DNA of 64,000 nucleotides from Acholeplasmataceae bacterium (GTDB lineage Bacteria; Bacillota_I; Bacilli_A; Acholeplasmatales; Acholeplasmataceae): NCBI GenBank assembly GCA_963667565.1, contig OY763415.1, positions 1,344,001 to 1,408,000 of the forward strand, read 5' to 3'. Shown piece by piece: positions 20,439 to 31,487 of this stretch (position 1 is its first letter; each line of letters starts with the position of its first letter). The notes under the pieces were generated by a model. It saw only the letters and a program-made list of their open reading frames with translations, ran no database searches and was not told where the DNA came from. The position numbers and the translations under genes were made by a program.

Positions 20439-22670
20439 CTATGAGTATCTAATAAGTTCAATTGAATTTAATTTATTAAGTTTATTTGTAATCACTTTAA
20501 CAAAGACTAATGAAATGCTGAGTGGTACAAAAAATATAATAATAACCGATAGATAATTATAATAAAGATAGTTGAAGGAAATAAGATCTAATGATTGAAG
20601 AAAGTAATTAATGATTTGAATAATAAACACGTGAATAATTGATACAATGATCACTGTAGTAATAGAAATCAGTGTTACTTCTGTTACAAAAATCTTCATA
20701 ATATCTTTTAAACTGATGTTGAGTGACCTTAAAATTCCAATCTCGTTTTTCATTGCAATGATTGAATTGTTTACATAAGATAGTGTAATCAGAATGGAAA
20801 TCACAAACAATATAACTCCAAGTATTGAAATCAATAAAGCAATAGAATCTATATATGCATTTGTAATGTTTATGGATTGAGATATGTAAGTATAATCGGT
20901 GATTTGATTTGAATCAAATTCTTTTAATAAATGCTTAGAAATATCATCAACCACAATACCGTTCAGTGCGTTTGTTTGGTAATTATTCATACCAAAATTA
21001 TATGATAATAAATTAAATTCATCTTCACTAAATAACCACGGAATATCTTCGTTGTTTGTTTGGAAAATGCCTCTAATTGTGTATGTTCTATATTCATGTC
21101 CAATAGGATCATTAATGTTAAATGTATATTGATTAATATCCAATGTAATATCTGTACCTATAAGTTGACTCATATCATCTGATAATGATAGTGCCGTATG
21201 ATAATCTATAACAACCTCATCATTATCAACATCCAAAGTTCCAAATGCGAGCGCTTGAAAAAAAGACTGGTTTAAATCAGTGATTCTTATATTGTTATTG
21301 AATTCATTGATGTTAACATTTATATAATCTCTTCTAGTTGCATGACTTACTAAAAAATACGTGCTTTCATTCATGTAAATAGAATGCTTCAAGGCATCTA
21401 TATGCGATGCTTCGGTTGATACATTATCTTGACCATTGATATATGATTGTTGGACAAAAATGTCGACAATTTCCAATTGAATTTCATTTATTGCGATATT
21501 GAGGTTTATAAGCTCATTTACATTGTTAATATTTAGTTCGTCTACCAATTCACTTGCCAATTCTTGAGTGATAATAACTTCACCATAACTAATATCTCTT
21601 ACTCCAAGAATTGTGTTTTTAGTTACATGTGATGTTCTATAAATTCTTGAAATATGAACATCTACTGTCTGATTATTGTATGTGACTTGAGGTGAAATCT
21701 GATCAGTAAACAACATATAATTGTCAATATTATATTTATTTACTAATGATTCAATTTCATCACCAGTGATTGAATACATCAAACCACTAGACAAATTGTT
21801 GCCATATTTCACAAACTCTACATCTGAAATCTGATGCTTTATCATTTGACGTTCTTTTATCTCAAAGATATCATTTGTAAGGATGTTAATTGCAGTAAGT
21901 GTCGTTAAAAAACTCAGTAATAAAGTTAACAATAAAATCACTAATCTTGAGTATTTAGTTTTATAACCTTTGCTTGAAAATCTAAGAATATGGTTGAAAT
22001 TAAGTCTTTCCTCGTCTTTGTCACCAACTTCAATATTCTTTGATTGTTTATGAGAAATAACTTGATGATCAATAATTTCTCCATGTTCAAGTTTATACAC
22101 TTCATCTGCAAGTGGAATAAACAATGATAAATCGTGAGTAGCAACAATAACAGCTTTGTTTTTGCTCACTTCTTTTAGATAATGAGCAATATCAAGTGCA
22201 TTTTTTTCATCCAAATTACCTGTCGGTTCATCAGCTAATATGTATGGTTTATCAATTAAAATAGCTCTCGCAATTGCCACTCTTTGTTGCTGTCCACCTG
22301 ATAACTGATTAGGTTCATGTTCTTTAACATCTTGTATTTGTAGTTCATTAAACACTGAATCAATTTGATTCATCTGTTTTTTATGATTAATCTCCATAGC
22401 AAACTTTACGTTTTCATAAGCTGTCATGTGAGAGAAAAGATGATAATCTTGAAATATAAACGAACAATTTCCTTTTACATTATTTGTTTCTTGCTCGTCC
22501 CATTGATCAATACCTGAAAGACAATTAAGTAGTGTTGATTTCCCAGATCCTGATTCACCTGTAAAAATACATAATCCAGGTTTATCTATAGATATATGAA
22601 TATTTTTTAAAACAGGAATTTTATTGTTTTTAATCTTGTATGTTTTGTTGTTCCCCACGATGTTTATCAT
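20439..22670 (-). CDS. MacB-like fused ABC ATPase/FtsX permease
   Basis: GESGSGKST, LSGGQQQR, LADEPTGNLD; C-terminal TMs with EIGILRSL. Confidence 0.9.
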   Translation of the reverse strand: MINIVGNNKTYKIKNNKIPVLKNIHISIDKPGLCIFTGESGSGKSTLLNCLSGIDQWDEQETNNVKGNCSFIFQDYHLFSHMTAYENVKFAMEINHKKQMNQIDSVFNELQIQDVKEHEPNQLSGGQQQRVAIARAILIDKPYILADEPTGNLDEKNALDIAHYLKEVSKNKAVIVATHDLSLFIPLADEVYKLEHGEIIDHQVISHKQSKNIEVGDKDEERLNFNHILRFSSKGYKTKYSRLVILLLTLLLSFLTTLTAINILTNDIFEIKERQMIKHQISDVEFVKYGNNLSSGLMYSITGDEIESLVNKYNIDNYMLFTDQISPQVTYNNQTVDVHISRIYRTSHVTKNTILGVRDISYGEVIITQELASELVDELNINNVNELINLNIAINEIQLEIVDIFVQQSYINGQDNVSTEASHIDALKHSIYMNESTYFLVSHATRRDYINVNINEFNNNIRITDLNQSFFQALAFGTLDVDNDEVVIDYHTALSLSDDMSQLIGTDITLDINQYTFNINDPIGHEYRTYTIRGIFQTNNEDIPWLFSEDEFNLLSYNFGMNNYQTNALNGIVVDDISKHLLKEFDSNQITDYTYISQSINITNAYIDSIALLISILGVILFVISILITLSYVNNSIIAMKNEIGILRSLNISLKDIMKIFVTEVTLISITTVIIVSIIHVFIIQIINYFLQSLDLISFNYLYYNYLSVIIIFFVPLSISLVFVKVITNKLNKLNSIELIRYS

Positions 22671-22681
22671 TTTAATTTCCT

Positions 22682-23172
22682 CTATAAGTTTATTTTATAT
22701 AAATTGTTATTTCCTTCTTGATCATATTTGATGAATCCTAACTTAATTTGTAATTGATTGGATGCTATATTCCAAACTCTTGCCTCAGAATATAACGTGT
22801 GAATACCATCTTTTTTTAATGCTTCAATCATAGCAAGTATCAGTTTGCTTGCATAATTTTTTCTATAGTAATCTTTATGTGTTTGCAAACCTTCAAGAAC
22901 ATACTTATCATCATAAATATTAATCCTACATACACTGATGATTTTATCATTATCTTTATATATGTAATACTTATAAAAAGAATCACTATATGGACAACTT
23001 TCAATATAGTTAAAATAATCATCTATGATGATTTGTTGTTTATGTAATATATCAGGATCAGTGAGCGATATCCCTCTATCTTGTTCTAATTTATAGTTTA
23101 ATACTTCAAACCATTGTTCTTTTTCTTTAGTTGTTAATTGTGAAATTTTTGTTTATCCCATATTTTAAACAT
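22682..23172 (-). pseudogene. Frameshifted GNAT acetyltransferase
   Basis: ATG 23172 after AAAGGT reads MFKIWDKQK then stops. Adding one A to the A5 run (T5 at 23146-23150) joins it to an open frame ISQLTTKEKEQWFEV...LEGLQTHKDYYRKNYAS...NIASNQLQIKLGF (163 aa). Confidence 0.75.
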
Positions 23173-23302
23173 ATATTTATACCTTTACCTTGATGCGATA
23201 TACATAATTCCTTGTTTGAAATTAGGCATGTATACAAAATCCATGTCATTAAGACGTTATAAACTTTACATGCATGAACCTCTGCAAATCAATTTCTAGA
23301 AA

Positions 23303-23573
23303 CTATACGATTTTCATCTTCAGTAAGATAACATAGAATATTATTCCTAAAGCGCTGAGAATCCAAAAAAGTATTCCAGAATTGAATATTATATATTGAT
23401 TCAAGATAAAAACAATTAAACATGCTGTCAGCAGTATATTTCTATAATAATTTTGTTTTACTGGTATACTCGATCGATTGATCTATGCTGCGCTTATTAT
23501 CAAAAATGACATTTGCAATTAGCCCTAGAATACCAATAATCATTACAAATATGGAAATGATAATTATTACAAT
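23303..23573 (-). pseudogene. Possible degenerate small membrane-protein gene
   Basis: Hydrophobic fragments IIISIFVMIIGILGLIANVIF and LLTACLIVFILNQYIIFNSGILFWILSALGIIFYVILL in different frames, separated by stops. Confidence 0.3.
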
Positions 23574-23608
23574 TCAATTAATTTTTTTTTGATAATTATA
23601 AATATCTA

Positions 23609-25963
23609 TTACTTATCATTAATAATATTTATCAACTCTTGTCTCGAAAAATTCTTAATTGGATACCAAATTGAAATCAAACTTATCATTAAACTCAAAA
23701 TAATTGAAATAAAAAGGGAACCAGGGGCAAGTGAAATGACATTTGACTCAATCAACAATTGTTTCTTAATAAATGAATTTAGATATATTAGTATACTATA
23801 ATGAAAAGGTATTGAAATTACTATTGCATATATCATCATTTTTAATGATGTCAAAATAATCAATTTAGATGCATTAACCCTTGAACAACCTAAGCTCATA
23901 AGAATCCCTAAATTGTGCTTATTTTGTATTACTAAATTATTTGAGAAATAATATATAAATGAGACAAGAAAAATCATTGCAACAATAGTAATAACTAAGA
24001 AAATCATAGAAAACGAAGTTATTGAATCGAGTATGAAAAATAATTCATTAGTAGCAAAAGAGTATATCAAAATATTTTCATTTTGAAGGTAATCAATAAA
24101 ATTTTTGTCTATTCGATTATTGGTGAAAGTAACCGCTGTTCCTTGTGTAAAACTAAAAAGTGTTGGATCCCCAATTTGATAAATAGTAGCATTATATATT
24201 TGATCACTTACAAATACTTCACTATTGACTGAATATGTAATACCTGTAATTTTCATATTATTAGTAAAACTCTTTTCACCATAGTTGAATTCAAAATCAT
24301 ATGATTGCCCAAGGAAACTACTTAAATTTTGCTCAGTAACTATTTCTTCCATAACGATGGATAAAAACGACATACTTATTACAATTTCATTATCATTCTC
24401 TGGTAATGAACCTATCATCCCATCACTTGTATAACCACTTAAATTCTCAGCTTTATTTATGGTAATTTCGTAATCACCTGAATAACAATCAATTTTAGAA
24501 AAAGATAATAAAACTTTCTGGAAAGTATTGCTATTCATATAAATGGTTGCAAATTCATTATTCTTCAAAGTTAAATATAAATCATCAGTCAAAAAATTAT
24601 ATTCCCCATTATTATATTGAGCACTACTCCCTTCTAAAAATTGATTATAGTTAGTAACTATCACTTTTTTTATATTAAACAATACTCCTTCAAATTCCCA
24701 TGTTTTCCCAATGGTATTTTGTGGAGAATCTGCATCAATAACTCCATAGTAAATTAATAATGATGCAAAATAATCTGAAATAACGATATCTCCATCATTA
24801 ATCTGATCAGACTCAAAAGAATCTATTACATCAATATATTTAAATAAACTCGTGTCATAGAAGGCATTAAGTATCTCTGATTGATTACTAATGTTGATTG
24901 AATCTAAATCCGATAATGAATATTGATCATTTACATAATAATAATTATTTAAAGAGATGTTGTAATTAGAAACAGTATTGTTAACTATTTCTACACTATC
25001 AAAAAGATATGGATCTATTCGTCCAGTAATTAATTGGTTTTCATTGATTAATTTTGCATGATAAATGTCATTTTGCGACATTGCGCTTGTCAGTATTGAA
25101 GTGTCATTAACAAAAAATAAACTTAAACTAGTTGTCATAAATATTAACGAAAATACCCAAAAAAACACAGTAAAAACAAATCGTTTTTTTCTTTCAAAGA
25201 TCATTTTTTTTGATATCCCTATGATATCTTTAGTTTTTAATTTGACTGATTTAGGAATATATTGGTCATATGAAGTATTTTTTTTTAGTACAATAATATC
25301 ATCTATAATTTCACCATTTTGAATTTTTAATATTCTATCTGAATACTTATTAGCATACTCAATATCATGTGTTACCATTATTATTAATATATCGCTGGAT
25401 ATTTTCTTAAAAATATCAAGAACTTGTTCAGCTGTTTTCTCATCTAAAGATCCTGTAGGTTCATCTGCTAAGATAACTTTTGAGCCTTTTGCTAAAGACC
25501 TTGCAATAGCTACTCTCTGTTTTTCTCCACCCGATAGATTCACTACTATTTCATCTTTCAATTCTTGAATTTCAAGTTTACTTAAGCATTCATTTATAAT
25601 AGTATCGTGTTTATCTTTTTCAATTTTTTGAAGTTCTAAAGCAAGAGAAATATTGTCATAAACTGTAGCTTTTTCCAATAGATTATATTCTTGAAAAATA
25701 TATCCGAAATAGTTATTTCTATAATTGTTATTTTCTTCAATATTTTGTGGTAAGATCAATCTATTATCTATAAAGATTTGTCCGCTGGAAGGTATTAAAA
25801 ATCCTGCAATGATATTTAAAAGAGTTGTCTTTCCACTGCCGCTCTTACCCACTATAGAAACTATACCACTATTTGGTAAAGTTAAATTGACATTAGACAA
25901 TGCTTTAATTATTGACTTCTTTTCATTTATAAAAACTTTATCTACATTATTAAGTTCAATCAT
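23609..25963 (-). CDS. MacB-like fused ABC ATPase/FtsX permease
   Basis: GKSGSGKTT, LSGGEKQR, LADEPTGSLD; C-terminal TMs. Confidence 0.9.
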   Translation of the reverse strand: MIELNNVDKVFINEKKSIIKALSNVNLTLPNSGIVSIVGKSGSGKTTLLNIIAGFLIPSSGQIFIDNRLILPQNIEENNNYRNNYFGYIFQEYNLLEKATVYDNISLALELQKIEKDKHDTIINECLSKLEIQELKDEIVVNLSGGEKQRVAIARSLAKGSKVILADEPTGSLDEKTAEQVLDIFKKISSDILIIMVTHDIEYANKYSDRILKIQNGEIIDDIIVLKKNTSYDQYIPKSVKLKTKDIIGISKKMIFERKKRFVFTVFFWVFSLIFMTTSLSLFFVNDTSILTSAMSQNDIYHAKLINENQLITGRIDPYLFDSVEIVNNTVSNYNISLNNYYYVNDQYSLSDLDSINISNQSEILNAFYDTSLFKYIDVIDSFESDQINDGDIVISDYFASLLIYYGVIDADSPQNTIGKTWEFEGVLFNIKKVIVTNYNQFLEGSSAQYNNGEYNFLTDDLYLTLKNNEFATIYMNSNTFQKVLLSFSKIDCYSGDYEITINKAENLSGYTSDGMIGSLPENDNEIVISMSFLSIVMEEIVTEQNLSSFLGQSYDFEFNYGEKSFTNNMKITGITYSVNSEVFVSDQIYNATIYQIGDPTLFSFTQGTAVTFTNNRIDKNFIDYLQNENILIYSFATNELFFILDSITSFSMIFLVITIVAMIFLVSFIYYFSNNLVIQNKHNLGILMSLGCSRVNASKLIILTSLKMMIYAIVISIPFHYSILIYLNSFIKKQLLIESNVISLAPGSLFISIILSLMISLISIWYPIKNFSRQELINIINDK

Positions 25964-26084
25964 AATTTTGTCCTTTATATTATCTTATTAATTCAACATA
26001 AGTTGTCTTACGAAACTTTTTTATTTTATATTTAAAAATCAGAGGAAGATTCTTAAATGTTATTTCATTACCCTGTTTTAAATA

Positions 26085-26969
26085 TTAATAATATGTAATA
26101 CCAGTATATTTTGCATCATTATATTCATAAGTATACCCACTCCAACGATAACTATATAGTCCAGTAGATGCAGTATTATTTATATAACTATAAATAACAT
26201 ATTGATTGGTTAATGTATAATCAGATACTGTATATTCCCAAGTGTCATAACCCAAAACCCATGGAAGACCATGGTGGGTCTTTGTTGAATCATAATTAAT
26301 TGAAAACACTTGAACAACATATGCATAAAATATCCCTCTTGTTTCAAACATATAATATGAAGACCTTGAAGGTATCACGCCAAAATGTTCAGTAACTGTA
26401 TATGAATATGTTTTTACATGCGCATATGATATTGTACTTGACACTGTAGATTCTACTGAAGTTGTAACAGTACCTCCAACACTTCCAAAATCCAACCCTC
26501 CTACTTCTAATGTTGTAGAATTCTCATAACTAAGACTTAAAGAAAGTGTGGCTGAGGTCTCGTATGTAAAAGTTTCACCAACTGTATGAGTCACTTCATA
26601 AGAATAATTTACTCCACTACCCAGATATCTGTATGATTCAAAATATCTTTCTATCGGCATATTGACTCTTATTGGGAACTTATAAATCACGACAACTTCT
26701 GTTGCATAGTCATCATAATTAGTATCATGTGACCATGTGATGTTATTACTCACTTTTTTTTCTTGATAAGACGTATTTGTAGTTGATGTTTTGCTTGGAT
26801 TCCCTAATCTACTATTCACTGGTGCAGGAACATTACTAAGTAAAGAATACGAGGTTCCAATTGATGGAGTTGCAGCGAACACTTTAGTTTCATTATTGAT
26901 AGAGATTCCTAAAAAAACACTTATCAACAATGAAAGTATAAAAACTTTTTTAAAAACTGAAATTTGCAT
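26085..26969 (-). CDS. Secreted Ser/Thr-rich protein, possible aerolysin/ETX-MTX2-type beta-pore-forming fold
   Basis: Start MQISV after AGGAG; signal peptide ending VFA; alternating S/T beta strands around LEVGGLDFGSVGG. Confidence 0.5.
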   Translation of the reverse strand: MQISVFKKVFILSLLISVFLGISINNETKVFAATPSIGTSYSLLSNVPAPVNSRLGNPSKTSTTNTSYQEKKVSNNITWSHDTNYDDYATEVVVIYKFPIRVNMPIERYFESYRYLGSGVNYSYEVTHTVGETFTYETSATLSLSLSYENSTTLEVGGLDFGSVGGTVTTSVESTVSSTISYAHVKTYSYTVTEHFGVIPSRSSYYMFETRGIFYAYVVQVFSINYDSTKTHHGLPWVLGYDTWEYTVSDYTLTNQYVIYSYINNTASTGLYSYRWSGYTYEYNDAKYTGITYY

Positions 26970-27467
26970 TTGAATTTCTCCTAATAATTTATATATAATT
27001 CTTAATAAAACTAAGAATCTTCCCCCTCGATTAAAATAACAATAGTTTGAAACTAATTCAATACTATTTATCAAACGAAACCATTTAAACATAAATAGAA
27101 AAAGAAATGAATTCTCTAAAAAAAATTAAATTAAAAAATTCCCTCCCAAATATTTTCTTATGGTATTAATTGTATCACAATCCTATTAAATGTGTATAGT
27201 CTCAAAATATATTTAACTTTCTATATGCATATATATACATTATTTATCTATGTTTTTAACTACGATAATATTAGGCTTTAAGCTGATACGTATCATTCTT
27301 CATAATTATCTTCATACATTTGACATCTACAGTATGATTGAGATTCATCATATTCAAATAATAATCATTAGATTTACTTTTATGATAGTTATATTTTTTT
27401 GTAATATCGTAATTCTATTGCTGCCATATCATATAAACTCACTATATATTCTTAATCAATATAAAAA

Positions 27468-27509
27468 TGGCGCCGAAAATACGATGTGAAGTTTACTCAC
27501 TTACTTTTG
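27468..27509 (-). repeat. Distal att-like site: copy of the tRNA-Thr 3' end plus conserved short arm
   Basis: TGGCGCCGAAAATA (13/14 match to the tRNA end) followed by CGATGTGAAGTTTACTCACTTACTTTTG. Confidence 0.85.
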
Positions 27510-27522
27510 GAATTATTGAATT

Positions 27523-30474
27523 TTATACTTTTCTAATATCAATTCTATTATATCTTTCCTTGTCAAACGTACCTGTGATTTCAATAACTTTATCATACAA
27601 TGCTTGCTGAATTTTTCTTTTCATTATTACATTTTTATCATCATGAATGTCACCTAACAATGTGATTTGAATTGTTTTATTAATGATTTCTATTAACTTA
27701 TCCTCAAAATTAGTAATTACACTCTGTTCATCAATAATCCTTTTAGCTACTTGATAATCATTAAATGTCTGTATTGTCGAAATTACAATTCGTCTATATT
27801 CTTTATTTTTATTACCAAGATCTTGTAATTTGGCAAATTTTGCAAGTTGTGGAAACTTAACTAACTTTAGCAATTCAATGGTTTTTTCTTCAGTCAACAA
27901 ATATAGCATATCTATAATATGATCAACAAATCCATCTGTGTTTAGTGTTAGGTTTTGAAAACTTAAAGTATTATTAATCTGTTGATTATTAATTATATCG
28001 CTAATAAAAATTAATGGTTTATTAGAGTTATTGTAGAAATCGAATAATTTTTCAATGTATTGATCATGTTTAAATCCCGTTGTAAATAACGTAGTTATTA
28101 TTAATCTTTCATTAAAATCATTATATTTAATTTTGTTAATTAATCTTATTAAAATTTCTTCGAAAATACTAATATAAGATTGGTGAGTTATAGTTTGAAT
28201 ATAATTTAATTGCGGAGAATTTAATTCATAATTATTGTTTATTATGCTGCAATCAATAATTTCAGAAACTAGTTTTAAAATTGAAATTTCCAATTCTGTT
28301 CTAGTTAGTCTAATAAATTGTGAAACCAATGAGTTCAAATGGATCAATAAATTGTTTGCTTGGATTACTTTGGTAATTTCAACTATCATATTTTCGCTTT
28401 TTGAGTGAAAAATTGTATTAATCAGCATTAATCTGTCTAATTTATTAGTAATAGTATCATAGTTGACATTAATCATTTCAGAATTACTAATAGTTGCTAC
28501 TTTAATGATTTCTTGAGTATATTTTTCCATATCTTTAGTTTTAACCAATGTCAGCAATCTAATATACGTCATTTTATTGGACTTAATTATTGCACCTAAA
28601 TCAGCCTCTTTAATATACTCACTATATTTTTTAATATCTTTTTCTAAATATTTTATATCTCCATCTTTAGAACTAATAATTACATTCTTAATGATTGAAC
28701 TTAAAATAGTTCCGTCAATTTCTGATACAATTTGAAAATTATTCTTCAAAAAAATGTTTATGATATCTATATCATTTATTAAGTTAGAATTTTGGAGTAA
28801 TTGTTGAAACATAAACATCAACTCATGATCTTTTGCATTATGACAAATAGAATCGTTATATTTATCAATTAGATCCTTGTGAAATTTATCTAAATAATCA
28901 ATTGATTGATATTCTTTTAATAATATTTCATATAATTCATTTAAAGATTGCAATAACAATTTTGCCAAATATTTTCTATTATCAAGAATTTTTATAATTC
29001 TATTTGTTGAGACAAAAACTTCAATTAAATTTAAGGAATTTCTATTAATTACATATTCTTGAATAACTTGGTCTGTAATATATTCAATATGGTTGTAATT
29101 TATAGAGTCTTTCTCAATAATATCATCGCCGAAAGTACAAAACTGTATTTGTCTCATAATATCTATATTGTATACTGCATCATTAGCTAAATTATGTATA
29201 TACATTAAAGGATTATTGCAACTTATTTTTCTAGAACTTTGAATAAAATGTAATAATTCAGTATCCTTACTAACTAATCCCGTTATTTTAGAATGTTTTA
29301 TATTAGTATATAGATTTTCTATCAATTCTGGATTTTTAATCAATATATGATATAATAACACCCATTTTTCCCTTATAATCGTTATAACACCAACCATATT
29401 CAATTCATTCTCTTCTAATTCTCTATTAATTGATTCCTCAATTAACTCTCTTTTTGAATTAATTAGATTTATTATCTTAATAATTTGTCTGGGGGTATCA
29501 CCATGAAAATCTGATATCAACGACATTAGCCTGCTTGAAAAATTAAATTTCTCGTGACCATTTATTTTATGTACAATTGAATACAAATTAATTTTTCTGG
29601 ATTTCTCCATAACAATAGAATAATCAAAAATTTTAGATAAAAATTCTTTAGAGTCTTTCAAAGAATAATTTCTTGTTTTTTCTAATTCCTCAATTATTTT
29701 TGTTTCATCAACTGGTAGTATAAAAACATAATTGCCAGAATCATTCGTTAAAAATCCTTTAATAAAATCTAATATACTGACTGAATATGTTTCACTACAT
29801 CTATCTAAATTATCTATAATAATTACTTGATAAAATAACGAACCATTCATAATTTTCTTAAATTTGTTATTAAAATCAAATTGTGAAAAATGATTTCTAA
29901 TTGTACTAGAATCTTGTTTAAATATTAAATTAACTACACTTAATAATAGTAATTCTACTCCAATTAGGACTATTGATACTATTAGTGTTTCTACGGGTTT
30001 ATTTATCAAATCATCTATGTCCATAAATAGAGCAAAAAAAACAATAAATAAAGCGATAAATGTAAATATGATTATAGTTCTCCAAAAAACAAAATCATAT
30101 TTTGTACTTGTCCTTTCTTCAAAAAGCTCTTTTTCTATATCAGTTCCCTTTTTATTTTCTTGAGCAATTTTCATTAAAAATGATTCTTTAAAATCATATT
30201 CACTATATTTCCATGCATCATATTCTATAAACTTGATTCTTTTGTCATTAACTTTTAATTTTTGTTTTTCAATTTTAGTTATAACAGATGAAACTACTGA
30301 TGATTTCCCAGATCCCCATTCTCCAAATAACCCAATGGTTTCTGTAGTATTTGTCATTGATGTAGATTTAATTACTCTATATAATTCATCCACATATATG
30401 TCATTTCCTAAAACATCATTTGATTCATCTAATGATTTTAAAACTTCATCAGGAATTATTTTATATTTTTTCAT
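27523..30474 (-). CDS. KAP-family P-loop NTPase with two TM helices
   Basis: GLFGEWGSGKSS, YDAWKY, TM pair inside the NTPase domain, IIIDNLDRC, FLSKIFD, TPRQI. Confidence 0.9.
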   Translation of the reverse strand: MKKYKIIPDEVLKSLDESNDVLGNDIYVDELYRVIKSTSMTNTTETIGLFGEWGSGKSSVVSSVITKIEKQKLKVNDKRIKFIEYDAWKYSEYDFKESFLMKIAQENKKGTDIEKELFEERTSTKYDFVFWRTIIIFTFIALFIVFFALFMDIDDLINKPVETLIVSIVLIGVELLLLSVVNLIFKQDSSTIRNHFSQFDFNNKFKKIMNGSLFYQVIIIDNLDRCSETYSVSILDFIKGFLTNDSGNYVFILPVDETKIIEELEKTRNYSLKDSKEFLSKIFDYSIVMEKSRKINLYSIVHKINGHEKFNFSSRLMSLISDFHGDTPRQIIKIINLINSKRELIEESINRELEENELNMVGVITIIREKWVLLYHILIKNPELIENLYTNIKHSKITGLVSKDTELLHFIQSSRKISCNNPLMYIHNLANDAVYNIDIMRQIQFCTFGDDIIEKDSINYNHIEYITDQVIQEYVINRNSLNLIEVFVSTNRIIKILDNRKYLAKLLLQSLNELYEILLKEYQSIDYLDKFHKDLIDKYNDSICHNAKDHELMFMFQQLLQNSNLINDIDIINIFLKNNFQIVSEIDGTILSSIIKNVIISSKDGDIKYLEKDIKKYSEYIKEADLGAIIKSNKMTYIRLLTLVKTKDMEKYTQEIIKVATISNSEMINVNYDTITNKLDRLMLINTIFHSKSENMIVEITKVIQANNLLIHLNSLVSQFIRLTRTELEISILKLVSEIIDCSIINNNYELNSPQLNYIQTITHQSYISIFEEILIRLINKIKYNDFNERLIITTLFTTGFKHDQYIEKLFDFYNNSNKPLIFISDIINNQQINNTLSFQNLTLNTDGFVDHIIDMLYLLTEEKTIELLKLVKFPQLAKFAKLQDLGNKNKEYRRIVISTIQTFNDYQVAKRIIDEQSVITNFEDKLIEIINKTIQITLLGDIHDDKNVIMKRKIQQALYDKVIEITGTFDKERYNRIDIRKV

Positions 30475-30537
30475 TTGATTTTTCTCCTTATTATGCTTTC
30501 TATTTATTTTTATTAACCTTAACTTATTACATGTGAA

Positions 30538-31398
30538 TCATTCACTATTTTCAAATTGAATCAGTTTTGATATTTTGGGTTTTCTAATTGCTTTTTCAAA
30601 TAATGTAGGAATAAATATGGCCGTTAATAAAATTTTTATAATATCCAAATTATAGTATATAAATTCAAGATCTGTTGCTTCTATAAAAGAAAGATTATTG
30701 TCATAAAGATAAATAACTCCTATAAATGAGGATGTAACAAATATAAATACAATATCTTTAATTTTTGTTCGCCATTCTTTTTCATTTGTAGTTTTGTTTC
30801 GAAACAACAAAAGACCATTAAATAAAGTATAAATATTCGTAATTATTATTGCAATTATGAAAATTGGATATAGAACAACAAAAAAATAATTGAAATTTTT
30901 AAACTCATTGTATATTTTTATCATATTATTTTGAATATTTGAGTTCCATCCAAAGTAAATAATAAATAGCAACAAAATTCTAAACATATTTGAAAGAATT
31001 AAGAAAATAGGTTGATTTTCATTCATTTTATCAATTCCATTGTTTTTGACTTTATTCATAAATACGAAAATTGAAAGAATTAAATTTGTAACCACATATC
31101 CAAACAACGCTGTAACAAAATTGAAATTTATCCACAAGATTATAGGTACACTTATAATTGATGTGTATATTAAAAACACAAATACTAATGCTAATAAATA
31201 CCCAATTGCCATGCTGACTTTATTAATTACTTTTGCTTCAATACTGATTTCATTCATGATTTCTTCATTTGATCTATCAGTTAATTCTTTTTGCCTGTTT
31301 CTTATAAGTTTAAATTCACCCTTTGAAAACGCATCCAATATAGTCATCAAATATACAATAGCATCAATAACAAACAAAATTTGTAGAATTATATTCAA
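30538..31398 (-). CDS. Hypothetical multi-pass membrane protein
   Basis: TTG start after AGGAGG; about 7 hydrophobic segments. Confidence 0.8.
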   Translation of the reverse strand: MNIILQILFVIDAIVYLMTILDAFSKGEFKLIRNRQKELTDRSNEEIMNEISIEAKVINKVSMAIGYLLALVFVFLIYTSIISVPIILWINFNFVTALFGYVVTNLILSIFVFMNKVKNNGIDKMNENQPIFLILSNMFRILLLFIIYFGWNSNIQNNMIKIYNEFKNFNYFFVVLYPIFIIAIIITNIYTLFNGLLLFRNKTTNEKEWRTKIKDIVFIFVTSSFIGVIYLYDNNLSFIEATDLEFIYYNLDIIKILLTAIFIPTLFEKAIRKPKISKLIQFENSE

Positions 31399-31487
31399 TT
31401 TAACCCCTCCTAACGAGCATCTGATTTACTTACTAAAATCAAGATCAAACTATCAGATTATATAGTATACAATTTAATACCACTCTA

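Noticed and set aside
31040..31465. 141-aa plus-strand ORF
   Set aside because: Antisense shadow of the membrane-protein gene; no RBS or recognisable motif.
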